Assembly: GCF_006345805.1 (NCBI RefSeq)
Contig: NC_043019.1
Span: forward strand, 26,597,360 to 26,661,359
Reading direction: 5' to 3'
Origin: Octopus sinensis
Taxonomy: Eukaryota
DNA: 64,000 bases
Shown: positions 56,620 to 64,000 of the stretch, one piece after another
How the letters are laid out: each line of letters opens with the position of its first letter
How positions within the stretch are numbered: the stretch's first letter is position 1
Notes under the pieces: generated by a model
What the model was told of the DNA's origin: nothing
The model's input: the letters and a program-made list of their open reading frames with translations, nothing else
Database searches by the model: none
Program-made: the position numbers and the translations under genes

Positions 56620-57513
56620 TTTAATGTTTGTTTCTATGTCCAGTTATAATGTAAACAGTTTTACATTAATCTGATAGATCACTCTATATTTTTATAGAGT
56701 ACAAATTAACTATCCTTAAACAAGAATGTTGCTGACAGTAACTTCGAAGTTTTACCAAACTAAGGCATCATCAGGCTGCAGTTTGACAAAGGCTTAGTTG
56801 GCCACACATTCTTATTTAAAAATAATATATCATCATCATAGGCGCAGGAGTGGCTGTGTGGTAAGTAGCTTGCTTACCAACCACATGGTTCCGGGTTCAG
56901 TCCCACTGCGTGGTACCTTGGGCAAGTGTCTTCTACTATAGCCCCAGGCTGACCAAAGCCTTGTCAGTGGATTTGGTAGACGGAAACTGAAAGAAGCCCG
57001 TCGTATATATGTATATATATATATATATGTGTGCATGTATGTTTGTGTGTCTGTGTTTGTCCCCCTAGCATTGCTTGACAACCGATGCTGGTGTGTTTAT
57101 GTCTCCGTCACTCAGCGGTTTGGCAAAAGAGACTGATAGAATAAGTACTGGGCTTACAAAGAATAAGTCCCGGGGTCGAGTTGCTCGATTAAAGGTGGTG
57201 CTCCAGCATGGCCGCAGTCAAATGACTGAAACAAGTAAAAGAGTAAAAGAGTAAGAGTATCATCATCATTCAATGTCTGTCGTCCATGCTGGCATGGGTG
57301 GGATGGTTTAACAGGATCCGGTCAAGTAGAAGAGTACACTAGGCTACTGTGTCTGTTTTGGCCAGGTTTTTTTATGGTTGGGTGTCCTTCCAAACACCAA
57401 CCACCCTGTAGAGTGGCACAAGCACAGGCGAGGTCACCAAGACAAAGAATTTTGAGAGAGGAGGCTTGGGCATTGGAGGAGGGGATATTGTGTTAGAGGA
57501 TGAAGGGTTAGAA

Positions 57514-57545
<32 letters not shown>

Positions 57546-57804
57546 GCAGAAACAGGTGTCTTGGCTACAGAGGAGGTACATGGTTACCCAGCTGAGAGGG
57601 AGAGAGAGGGAGAGAGAAGGAGAAAGAGAAGAAAAAGAGAGGGAAAAGTGAGGGAGACAGAGGGAAAGGAAGAGGGAGGGAAAGAGAGAGAGGAGGGGAG
57701 TGGGGGAGAGGGAAAGAGATAGAAAGGGAGAGAGGAAGAGAGAGGGAAAGAGAGAGAGAGAGAGGAGAGGGAGAGAGTGGTAACAAGAAAGAGGACAGAA
57801 ATAC

Positions 57805-57850
<46 letters not shown>

Positions 57851-59680
57851 TGATGATGATGATGATGATGATGATGATAAGCCAGTTAATTGCAGCTTCT
57901 GATTGTTGGTGTTTAAGTTTATCAGGATCTGTCTTACCTTGATGACAAATTATGTTTCAGGGATGTTATCTGGAAAGTTCCATTTACTTATACGACTGAC
58001 CAAGAAAAGAAGTTTAATAAAACATCTCAGGATGTTATTTGGCTGAACTCGGAAACAAGGACATTAAATGGTATGTATGCCAGCATATAGATACACCATC
58101 ACCACCACCATTACCACCACCATCACCACCACCATCATCGCCACCTCCACCATCACCACCACCACCATCATCACCCCCACTATCATCATAATCACCACCA
58201 CCATCATCATCACCATCATCACCACCACCACCATCATCACTACTACCACCATCATCACCACCACCATCATCGTCACCACCACCACCATCCCCACCACCAC
58301 CACGACCACCACCATCATCATCACTACTACCATCACCACCATAAACTACCACGACCACCACCATCATCACGACTACCATCACCCACCATCATCATCACCA
58401 TCATCATCATCAACACCACCACCACCATCACCACCTTCATCATCATCATCATCATCATCACCACCATCACCATTACCACCCTCACTACCACCATTCCCAT
58501 TGCCTTACTCTTTCTCCGATTTCCACAGTGACCGAGAAATGGCAAAGTAATCGATCATGGGTGATGGGAAATTTAAAGCAATTTGGATTTTACCGCGTGA
58601 ACTATGACCTCTCCAACTGGGAAGCCCTGATTAACCAGCTCAAGACTAACCACACAGTAAGTCTCACTATATCTTTGTGGCACTGTGCCATTCACTCCCC
58701 TTTTCTTTCTCTCTCTGTGTCACTGTCACTGTTATAATTGCCCCTACTCCTTTCAGGGATCTGGCAGTATTCACCTCTCCTCCACTGAAACCATCTCCAA
58801 GAAACAATTGCATCTTGTTTCAGCCATTAGATTGTGGCCATGCTGGGGCAGAGCCTGGAAGAATTTTAAGTCAAATGAAATGACTTCAGGATTGTTTTTT
58901 ATTGTTTTAAAACCTGGTACTTATTCTATTGATCCCTTTTGCCAAAACGCTGTGTTATGGGGATGTAAACACACCAACACCGGTTGTCAAGAGGTGGTGA
59001 GGGACAAGAAGTATAAAGATACACACACAACAGGCTTCTTTTCAGTTTCCATCAACCAACTCCACTCAGTTTATCCTCAGTGATGAAGGTGAAAAAAGGT
59101 AGAGCTAAAATTACCTTCTCAAGCCATACTGACCCATAAGGGCCAGTTTCCCAGTTTCCATGGCATATATATTTCCCAATTATTTTTGCCAGCTGAGTGG
59201 ACTGTGGAGCAACGAAAAATGAAGTGTTTTGCTCAAGAACACAATGCACACCCAGTCCAGGAAGTGTTTACATAGATGTTTTTTGTTTATGAATGGTAAC
59301 TTGCAGTGCTGGTTCTGAACTGTATGGGGGAAAAAAAACTGGAGAGGTAACCTTGAAAAGGATGCTGTAAAGTGGTTGGGATGAGGATGGACATCTAGCC
59401 TAGACATCTAGCCAAAGTTGACATGGAGAACAATGCAGCCTTTGGATCCTGTCAAACCATCCAACCTGTGCCAACATGGAAAACTGATATTAAATGATGG
59501 TGATGATGATGATGAGGTGTAGGAGTGGCTGTGTGGTAAGTAGCTTGCTTACGAACCACATGGTTCCGGGTTCAGTCCCACTGCGTGGCACCTTCGGCAA
59601 GTGTCTTCTACTATAGCCTCAGGCCGACCAAAGCCTTGTGAGTGAATTTGGTAGACGGAAACTGAAAGAAGCCCATCGTA

Positions 59681-59725
<45 letters not shown>

Positions 59726-62534
59726 GTATGTGTGTGTATATGTTTGTGTGTCTGTGTTTGTCCCCCCAACATTGCTTGACAACCGCTGCTGGTGTGTTTA
59801 CGTCCCCGTAACTTAGCGGTTCGGCAAAAGAGACCGATAGAATAAGTACTAGGCTTACAAAGAATAAGTCCTGGGGTCGATTTGCTCGACTAAAGGTGGT
59901 ACTAAAGGCGGTGCTCCAGCATGGCCACAGTCAAATGACTGAAAAAAGTAAAAGAGTATGATGAATGTGATATATACATAAAATTTTGTATATGTTATAC
60001 AAGATTTTCAGTGTGGATTTGTATGTTGAAACAGATGTGTATTGGGTACAACATATTTTGACAATAAAACTCTCTCACCAGGTATATTTCACTGGCTTTT
60101 AATCTTTATTAATCAACCAGTCAGCCATTTAACCAATTAACTAAATCGATTGTTTCGCCAATCACTTGATCAATCTATTGGTTGGTTCACCAGAGTTCCT
60201 TTACTGCCATTTGTAACCGTATCAATAAGGTACCCCCGTCTTAGTCCCAGTTTTACCACAGGCTCACACGCAATGCAGATGAGGGCACCTTTGGATGCAC
60301 ATGCATACATACACACGTGTGCTAGCGTGCGCACGCACACACAGATACACACACACATGCACACACACACACATACGCACACACACACACACATGTCGCT
60401 GTTGCTATTTGATTTTGTTTACTTTTTCTTTTACCTCCTCTTCTATTTTTTTTTCCAGGTAATTCCAGCCATTAGCCGTGCTCAACTGATCAACGATGCA
60501 TGGAGTTTAGCCAAGTGAGTCCAATCTTCAGAAGTACTTCATGTACTCTCTTACTCTTTACTCTTTTACTTGTTTCAGTCATTTGACTGCGGCCATGCTG
60601 GAGCACTGCCTTTAATTGAGCAACTCGACCCCGGGACTTATTCTTTTGTAAGCCCAGTACTTATTCTATCGGGTCTGTTGCCGAACCGCTAAGTAACGGG
60701 GACATAAGCACACCAGCATCGGTTGTCAAGCAATGCTAGGGGAACAAACACAGACACACAAACACACACACGCATATATATACATATATACGACGGGCTT
60801 CTTTCAGTTTCCATCTACCAAATCCACTCACAAGGCTTTGGTCGGCCCGAGGCTATAGTAGAAGACACTTGCCCAAGGTGCCACGCAGTGGGACTGAACC
60901 CGGAACCATGTGGTTGGTAAACAAGCTACTTACCACACAGCCACTCCTGCACCTTTAATTTCTCTGCAGACGTTTCTCTGATGTACTCTTCCTTCTTCAC
61001 CTCTTACCAACATGTTTCATTTTGCTCAGCAGTCACCCATTTTCCCACGTCTTTAAATATAGAGGCAAAGATGTAGCTTCATAATATCAGGTCATTAAGA
61101 ATGAAATGTCCGGTTTTCTTACGCACCAAGTTTACCGTTTAAACTGGCCATCATCATCATCATCATCAACATCATCCCTTAGTGTCTGTTGTCCAGGCTG
61201 GCATGGGTTGGATTGTTTGACCAGGGCTGGATTGTAAGCTGAAGGGCTGCACCAAACTCCAATCTGATCTGGCATGGTTTCTACAGCTGGGTGCCCTTCC
61301 TAATGCCAATCACTTTGAAAGTGTAATGGGTGCTTTTATGTGCCACCAGCACGGGTGCCAGTTGTGTGACACCAGTATCTGCCATGACTACAATTTCACT
61401 TGGCTTGATGGCTCTTCTTCTCAAGCCATATCCAGCCAAATTATTCTACTTGTTTTATGCCCAAACTGGCCAGATCCAGCCTTTTACACCAACCCTACAA
61501 CATCCTTTAAAAAATTAAGTTACCTCATCAAAATCTCAAATCTACAAGATCATGTATGACTAATTCAAAGCATTATGAATAAACATACATTGGAAGAATA
61601 ATAGGAATGATTAAAGAATAATGTGACTGATTCAAGCTTAAAGTTAAGTGAATAATGTGGATGCTTAAAGTTTAAAGTCATGTGAATAATGTGAATGCTT
61701 AAAGAATGTGAATGCTCAAAGAATAATGTGAATGCTTAAAGAAAGTGAATGCTCAAAGAATAATGTGAATGCTTAAAGAATAATGTGAACATTTAAACCT
61801 TAAAGTCATGTGAATAATGTGAATGCTTAAAGTTTAAAGTCACGTGAATAATGTGAATGCTTAAAGAATTATGTAAATGCTTAAAGTCATGTGAAAATGT
61901 GAATGTTTAAAGAACAATGTGAATGCTAAAAGAATAATGTGAATGCTTAAAGTTTAAAGTCATGTGAATAATGCGAATGCTTAAAGAATAATGTAAATGC
62001 TTAAAGTCATGTGAAAAATTTGAATGTTTGAAGAATAATGTGAACGTTTAAAGAATAATGTGAATGCTTAAAGTTTAAAGTCATGTGAATAATGCGAATG
62101 CTTAAAGAATAATGTAAATGCTTAAAGAATAATGTAAATGCTTAGTCATGTGAAAAATTTGAATGTTTAAAGAATAATGTGAATGCTTAAAGAATAATGT
62201 AAATGCTTAAAGAATAATGTAAATGCTTAGTCATGTGAAAAATTTAAATGTTTAAAGAATAATGTGAATGCTTAAAGTTTAAAGTCATTAGTCTACCCCT
62301 GACCTTCTGAGACAATGTTAAGAAACAAAAATGATATAAAACAAAGCAAAATGTGGTCAATTAAAGATAATTTCTGATATTTTCAGAGCTGGTATGCTGT
62401 CGAAGGAAATACCATTTAAATTGCTGGAATACCTGGAAAATGAGAAAGACGACATCCCTTTGAGTGCGATTGTCACTGAAACTGACTTTCTTAGGAATCT
62501 TTTGAGAAAGAAACCAATCTTTGGATTATTTCAG
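6775..62534 (+). CDS. Multi-exon M1-family aminopeptidase N-like gene with two tandem peptidase modules (partial: N-terminal exon upstream of window, C-terminus downstream)
   Basis: 33 exons with AG/GT boundaries and matching phases give one open frame of 4162 nt. Motifs: [16 protein letters not shown], MxTYL, GAMEN-like, HExxH-x18-E, FYRVNYD and an ERAP1_C-like tail. Confidence 0.9.
7979..8096 (+). CDS. Module 1 exon ([27 protein letters not shown]...)
   Basis: ttttacAG / GTaagt; 118 nt. Confidence 0.9.
9828..9945 (+). CDS. Module 1 exon (IRFYSPKP...[15 protein letters not shown])
   Basis: ttttcAG / GTaaga; 118 nt; YFxxxYxLPKL motif. Confidence 0.9.
11310..11518 (+). CDS. Module 1 catalytic exon (AGMENWG...LHEVIHQ)
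   Basis: ttgacAG / GTttgg; 209 nt; GAMEN variant and HExxH. Confidence 0.9.
11540..11930. repeat. (GA)n/(GATA)n/(TA)n compound microsatellite
   Basis: Direct inspection; comparable arrays at 34400-34790, 41580-42050, 42400-42750, 57590-57880 and 58090-58490. Confidence 0.9.
12517..12630 (+). CDS. Module 1 exon ([23 protein letters not shown]...)
   Basis: 114 nt, same length as module 2 homolog; third zinc ligand Glu 18 residues after HEVIH. Confidence 0.9.
13683..13781 (+). CDS. Module 1 exon ([33 protein letters not shown])
   Basis: tctatAG / GTgagt; 99 nt, phase 0-0; positional homolog of 48369-48503. Confidence 0.75.
13829..14745. repeat. 20-bp minisatellite (GGTACTGTGGTGATGCTGGG)n with higher-order blocks
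   Basis: Direct inspection; variant runs recur at ~245 bp spacing. Confidence 0.9.
14976..15041 (+). CDS. Module 1 exon ([22 protein letters not shown])
   Basis: 66 nt; homolog of GASILHML exon. Confidence 0.85.
15256..15321 (+). CDS. Module 1 exon ([22 protein letters not shown])
   Basis: 66 nt; tttacAG / GTgagt. Confidence 0.85.
15570..16060 (-). mobile_element. CR1-type LINE ORF2 C-terminal fragment
   Basis: GRHCVVPR...[18 protein letters not shown]...[16 protein letters not shown]. Confidence 0.75.
16730..16900 (+). mobile_element. ~180-bp hammerhead-bearing repeat (copies 36540-36640 -, 36670-36815 +, 38440-38582 -, 42755-42910 -)
   Basis: Shared gagaacccaggtt...gacacctgatgaaggctggagggtatatcagccgaaacg...aacaacaaacaagatgaggacaaatatc; usually next to (AAT/AAC)n. 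Confidence 0.75.
16961..17109 (+). CDS. Module 1 exon ([27 protein letters not shown]...)
   Basis: MxxWTxQxxYPLVTV motif; 149 nt. Confidence 0.9.
17247..18132 (+). mobile_element. RTE-clade LINE 3' fragment with 3'UTR and (GAT)n tail
   Basis: [17 protein letters not shown]...[12 protein letters not shown]...[14 protein letters not shown]; other fragments at 27970-28370 (+) and 40745-40890 (-). Confidence 0.85.
19017..19540. repeat. 62-bp tandem array (~8.5 copies) derived from the RTE 3'UTR/SINE tail
   Basis: ggatggtgctttttatgtgccaccggc starts at 19017, 19079, 19141, 19203, 19265, 19327, 19390, 19453, 19515. Confidence 0.95.
20589..21005 (+). mobile_element. SINE family B with duplicated ~183-bp 3' unit (copies ~23995-24418 -, 27400-27790 +, 28375-28595 -, 29510-29660 +, 32850-33060 -)
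   Basis: ggcgagctggcagaatcgttagcacgccgggc...ttctgagttcaaattccgccgaggtcgactttgcc repeated through the window. Confidence 0.8.
21545..21885 (-). mobile_element. tRNA-headed SINE family E (copies ~23748-24000 +, 48645-49112 -)
   Basis: Head gcgcatggctcagtggttagagc...tcgaatccc; shared body ggaagaccagcagtcgcccatgcatacc. Confidence 0.75.
22205..22284 (+). CDS. Module 1 exon ([26 protein letters not shown])
   Basis: WxIPFT motif; 80 nt, phase 2-1. Confidence 0.85.
22380..22915. repeat. Polypyrimidine (CT/CCT) tract with internal duplication
   Basis: ctttcatcccaccctcctccccttctcatcttcc occurs twice. Confidence 0.85.
23085..23206 (+). CDS. Module 1 exon ([26 protein letters not shown])
   Basis: GFYRVNYD motif; 122 nt. 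Confidence 0.9.
24738..24793 (+). CDS. Module 1 exon ([19 protein letters not shown])
   Basis: 56 nt, same length as homolog 60459-60514. Confidence 0.85.
25900..26365. repeat. Complex (CAC)-rich tandem repeat, ~120-140-bp units
   Basis: ccctgaccatactaccatcatc... and accatcaaacattgccttca recur 3-4 times. Confidence 0.8.
26416..26563 (+). CDS. Module 1 exon ([22 protein letters not shown]...)
   Basis: LxYxxxExxYLPW motif; 148 nt. Confidence 0.9.
27044..27120 (+). CDS. Module 1 exon ([25 protein letters not shown])
   Basis: ttttacAG / GTaagg; 77 nt. Confidence 0.8.
29305..29415 (+). CDS. Module 1 exon ([29 protein letters not shown]...)
   Basis: AC-x5-C-x3-A-x3-F-x2-W pattern of ERAP1_C; 111 nt, phase 2-2. 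Confidence 0.85.
29823..30420. repeat. ~40-bp minisatellite (gggcctcacggaggcaaagtggctgagttc...)
   Basis: Repeated unit visible by eye. Confidence 0.85.
31466..31630 (+). CDS. Module 1 exon ([18 protein letters not shown]...[12 protein letters not shown])
   Basis: ERAP1_C motifs; 165 nt. Confidence 0.85.
31678..32402 (+). mobile_element. Two 3' fragments of R4/Dong-like non-LTR elements (restriction-like endonuclease end) in (AAT)n arrays
   Basis: [16 protein letters not shown] and [31 protein letters not shown]...[17 protein letters not shown]; each ends in (AAT)n. Confidence 0.8.
33398..33553 (+). CDS. Module 1 exon ([27 protein letters not shown]...)
   Basis: 156 nt, phase 2-2; GTaagt donor. 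Confidence 0.8.
35128..35200 (+). CDS. Module 1 exon ([24 protein letters not shown])
   Basis: cccttacAG / GTaagt; 73 nt, restores phase 0. Confidence 0.7.
36118..36533. repeat. 210-bp direct tandem duplication
   Basis: attctcttgatcatagg at 36118 and 36328. Confidence 0.9.
36954..37078 (+). CDS. Module 1 last exon ([14 protein letters not shown]...GIKELSY-K)
   Basis: tttcAG / GTaaga; 125 nt, ends in phase 2. Confidence 0.75.
37891..38298 (+). CDS. Module 2 N-terminal domain exon ([26 protein letters not shown]...GLYLSSY)
   Basis: RLP-x3-P-x2-Y and GLYxSxY M1 motifs; strong pyrimidine tract and AG; 408 nt, phase 2-2. Confidence 0.92.
38505..38550 (-). ncRNA. Minimal hammerhead ribozyme motif in a ~180-bp dispersed repeat
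   Basis: Minus strand: GACAC CTGATGA A GGCTG-loop-CAGCC GAA ACGT T GTGTT; palindromic stem III ACGU. Confidence 0.65.
38652..39034 (-). mobile_element. tRNA-headed SINE family C (related copies ~6293-6572 +, 10610-10840 +, 18585-18812 -, 54808-54985 +)
   Basis: Minus strand head ggaggcgcaatggcccagtggttagggcagcggactc...gtttcaattcccagacc with A/B-box-like motifs. Confidence 0.8.
39741..39899 (+). CDS. Module 2 exon ([28 protein letters not shown]...)
   Basis: Canonical M1 motif; 159 nt. Confidence 0.95.
42253..42370 (+). CDS. Module 2 exon ([26 protein letters not shown]...)
   Basis: MSTYLLAF motif; 118 nt. Confidence 0.95.
43291..43411 (+). CDS. Module 2 exon (VGVWVREDF...[14 protein letters not shown])
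   Basis: 121 nt; YFxxPFPLxKL. Confidence 0.92.
44341..45000. mobile_element. Rearranged Tc1/mariner relics
   Basis: TIR-like gagggtgagtcaaaaagtaatgcc; [31 protein letters not shown] on both strands; minus strand [16 protein letters not shown]. Confidence 0.8.
45169..45323 (+). CDS. Module 2 catalytic exon ([18 protein letters not shown]...VAHELAHQ)
   Basis: GAMEN and HELAH; 155 nt. Confidence 0.97.
45500..45835 (+). mobile_element. ~335-bp element inserted in (TA)n carrying a hammerhead motif (solo Penelope-type terminal repeat or retrozyme-like)
   Basis: Bounded by (TA)n on both sides; contains the 45607-45713 motif. Confidence 0.5.
45607..45713 (+). ncRNA. Type I hammerhead ribozyme-like motif with extended stem II
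   Basis: Stem I ATTCCTTA/TAAGGAAT (8 bp), core CTGATGA, stem II TCTA/TAGA plus ~19-bp inner hairpin, GAAA, stem III ACGG-TGCA-TCGT, GUA cleavage triplet. Confidence 0.65.
46822..46935 (+). CDS. Module 2 exon ([23 protein letters not shown]...)
   Basis: Canonical; 114 nt. Confidence 0.97.
48369..48503 (+). CDS. Module 2 exon (...[13 protein letters not shown]...AFDDISYNK)
   Basis: SHPL and FDxISYxK (catalytic Tyr); 135 nt. Confidence 0.93.
49310..51700. repeat. Tandem dimer (period ~1186 bp) of a ~1.13-kb near-perfect palindrome; probably Penelope-derived foldback
   Basis: Arms ~49345-49904/49913-50471 and ~50531-51090/51099-51657 around an 8-nt loop CTGATGCT; units flanked and separated by (TA)n. 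Confidence 0.92.
49390..49434 (-). ncRNA. Hammerhead-like motif, U3-A8 variant (further copies 50382-50426 +, 50576-50620 -, 51569-51613 +)
   Basis: TTACTT TTGACAA T-CTTTT-ACCA-AAGAG-T GAA ACCGGT T AAGTAA; 6-bp stem I and palindromic stem III. Confidence 0.55.
53170..53235 (+). CDS. Module 2 exon ([22 protein letters not shown])
   Basis: 66 nt. Confidence 0.93.
54369..54434 (+). CDS. Module 2 exon ([22 protein letters not shown])
   Basis: 66 nt. Confidence 0.93.
55430..56025 (-). mobile_element. SINE family B copy with three tandem ~183-bp 3' units
   Basis: ttattacccacaagg recurs at ~55438, 55621 and 55805. Confidence 0.85.
56060..56229 (+). CDS. Module 2 exon (...[15 protein letters not shown]...)
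   Basis: 170 nt; GTaagc donor. Confidence 0.9.
57961..58070 (+). CDS. Module 2 exon ([15 protein letters not shown]...VIWLNSE)
   Basis: WxVPFTY motif; 110 nt. Confidence 0.9.
58529..58656 (+). CDS. Module 2 exon ([28 protein letters not shown])
   Basis: GFYRVNYD; 128 nt. Confidence 0.93.
60459..60514 (+). CDS. Module 2 exon ([19 protein letters not shown])
   Basis: RAQLIxDA motif; 56 nt. Confidence 0.92.
61615..62290. repeat. AT-rich ~20-bp minisatellite (aataatgtgaatgcttaaag)n
   Basis: Direct inspection. Confidence 0.9.
62387..62534 (+). CDS. Module 2 exon ([24 protein letters not shown]...)
   Basis: 148 nt, same length as homolog 26416-26563. Confidence 0.9.
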
Positions 62535-62930
62535 GTAATCTGTCTTCCATTTTTTAAAATTTATATTCATGTATGTATGTGTACATAGGAAAAGGTTGCC
62601 AATGACTTTGAAGTTGTAGCTTGTTTGCCTCCATCAATATCTACTCTTGCAACAAGTATTGAGAAATGCTTCGGCCTAGCATTAAATTGTTCTCATATAT
62701 AACTTAGAAAACACACACACACACACACACCTATACATACATACATAAATATATAATAGGCATAGGAGTGGCTGTGTGGTCAGTAGGTTGCTTACCAACC
62801 ACATGGTTCCGGGTTCAGTCCCACTGCATGACACCTTGGGCAAGTGTCTTCAGGCCAACTCAAGCCTTGTGAGTGGATTTGGTAGATGGAAACTGAAAGA
62901 AGCCTGACATATATATATATATATATATAT

Positions 62931-64000
62931 AATAAATATTAGGGAATATATCCAAATTTACAGGGAAAAAAATCAGATTTAGGATTAAATCCAATTTTAT
63001 AGTAAAATATTATAAAATATTATTTGAGACAAAACCACTATTTTGCAAAACAAACAAGGAAAGACTTAATCAATACATAAAATTTAATAAATAGTCAAAA
63101 AAAAACCGCCACTACAATCGTTTCTTGTCTTGATCGACAATCTTCAGGTGGACTTCCAATCTAAAAAATCAAAATTTTAAAATATAAAAATAATACTTTT
63201 AAATAATTAAAGTATAAATGAAAAAATATAAGTATATAATCCATATATAACCTATATATAATCCATATCGAAAATATAGACTAATTACCACGAATTCCCT
63301 AAAAAAAAACCATATAAAACAAAACTCTTAAAAACATATAACGATAAAATCTCCCAAATAAGAATAATATAAATAAAAATAAATTTAATAATTATTATAA
63401 TAATTATATTGATAAATTTAATAATATTAATAATTCCTTAAATGCTGTACATAGATATAATTCTGATAATAATTTTAATAAAAAAAGAATTATAAATATA
63501 TTTATAATAATGATAATAATAATAAGGTTAATAAGAATAAAATTTGGTTAATAGTTCCTTATGGAGATCAAGTTAAAACGAATATTATTAAAGAGATTTT
63601 AGATGTTATAGAACTATTTATTAGAGATAATCGTAAATATAGAAACATTTTCTCTTTTAATAATTTTGGAGTTGGTTACTCTACCACTAATAATATTGGT
63701 AACATTATTCTTCATTTAATAAATATAAACTGAATAATTTTTATAAAAAGAAATTATTTGATAATAATATTAATAATGATAAGACTTATATTAATTGTAC
63801 ATGTAGAGATAAATCTAATTGTATATTAAATAATAATTGTGATATTAACGATGTAGTGTATAAATGTATAGTTACATTACATGATTATAACTTTAAGAAT
63901 AATAATTACACAAAAGCGGTTTATATAGGTTCTACTTCCTCAAAAATAAAACTAAGAATTGCACAACATATGAATTCTTTTAAAAATAAAAATTAATCAA
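62931..64000 (+). mobile_element. Degenerate Penelope-like retroelement (GIY-YIG end) with inverted terminal segment
   Basis: + strand translation KIWLIVPYGDQVKTNII..., then CTCRDKSNCILNNNCDINDVVYKCIV...YIGSTSSKIKLRIAQH, with frameshift and stops; follows (TA)n. Confidence 0.85.
63109..63151 (-). ncRNA. Minimal hammerhead ribozyme motif in Penelope-like element terminus
   Basis: Minus strand: CCAC CTGAAGA TTGTC-GATCAA-GACAA GAAA C-GATT-G TA GTGG; GUA site. Confidence 0.7.

Overview
Repeat-rich eukaryotic DNA, most likely an Octopus genome (inferred from recurrent tRNA-headed SINE families, RTE/CR1/R4 LINE fragments, mariner relics and dense microsatellites). The window is dominated by one + strand M1-family aminopeptidase N-like locus. 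I reconstructed 33 coding exons by hand (4162 nt, about 1387 codons), all with consistent AG/GT ends and phases. They form two complete, serially arranged peptidase modules with the same exon/phase pattern. Module 1 (6775-37078; its N-terminal exon is not found in the window) is divergent: AGMEN, HEVIH-x18-E, and the catalytic Tyr replaced by Asn. It can splice in frame through a KKKK linker into canonical module 2 (37891-62534 onward; GAMEN, HELAH-x18-[10 protein letters not shown]). An intronless SPO16/C1orf146-like ORF lies antisense at 1841-2374, probably nested in an intron. The introns carry at least four distinct hammerhead-ribozyme-like motifs tied to Penelope-type repeats. The most striking is a head-to-tail dimer of a ~1.19-kb palindrome with hammerhead motifs on both strands (49310-51700). 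All gene models and RNA folds were derived by eye and need RNA or computational confirmation.
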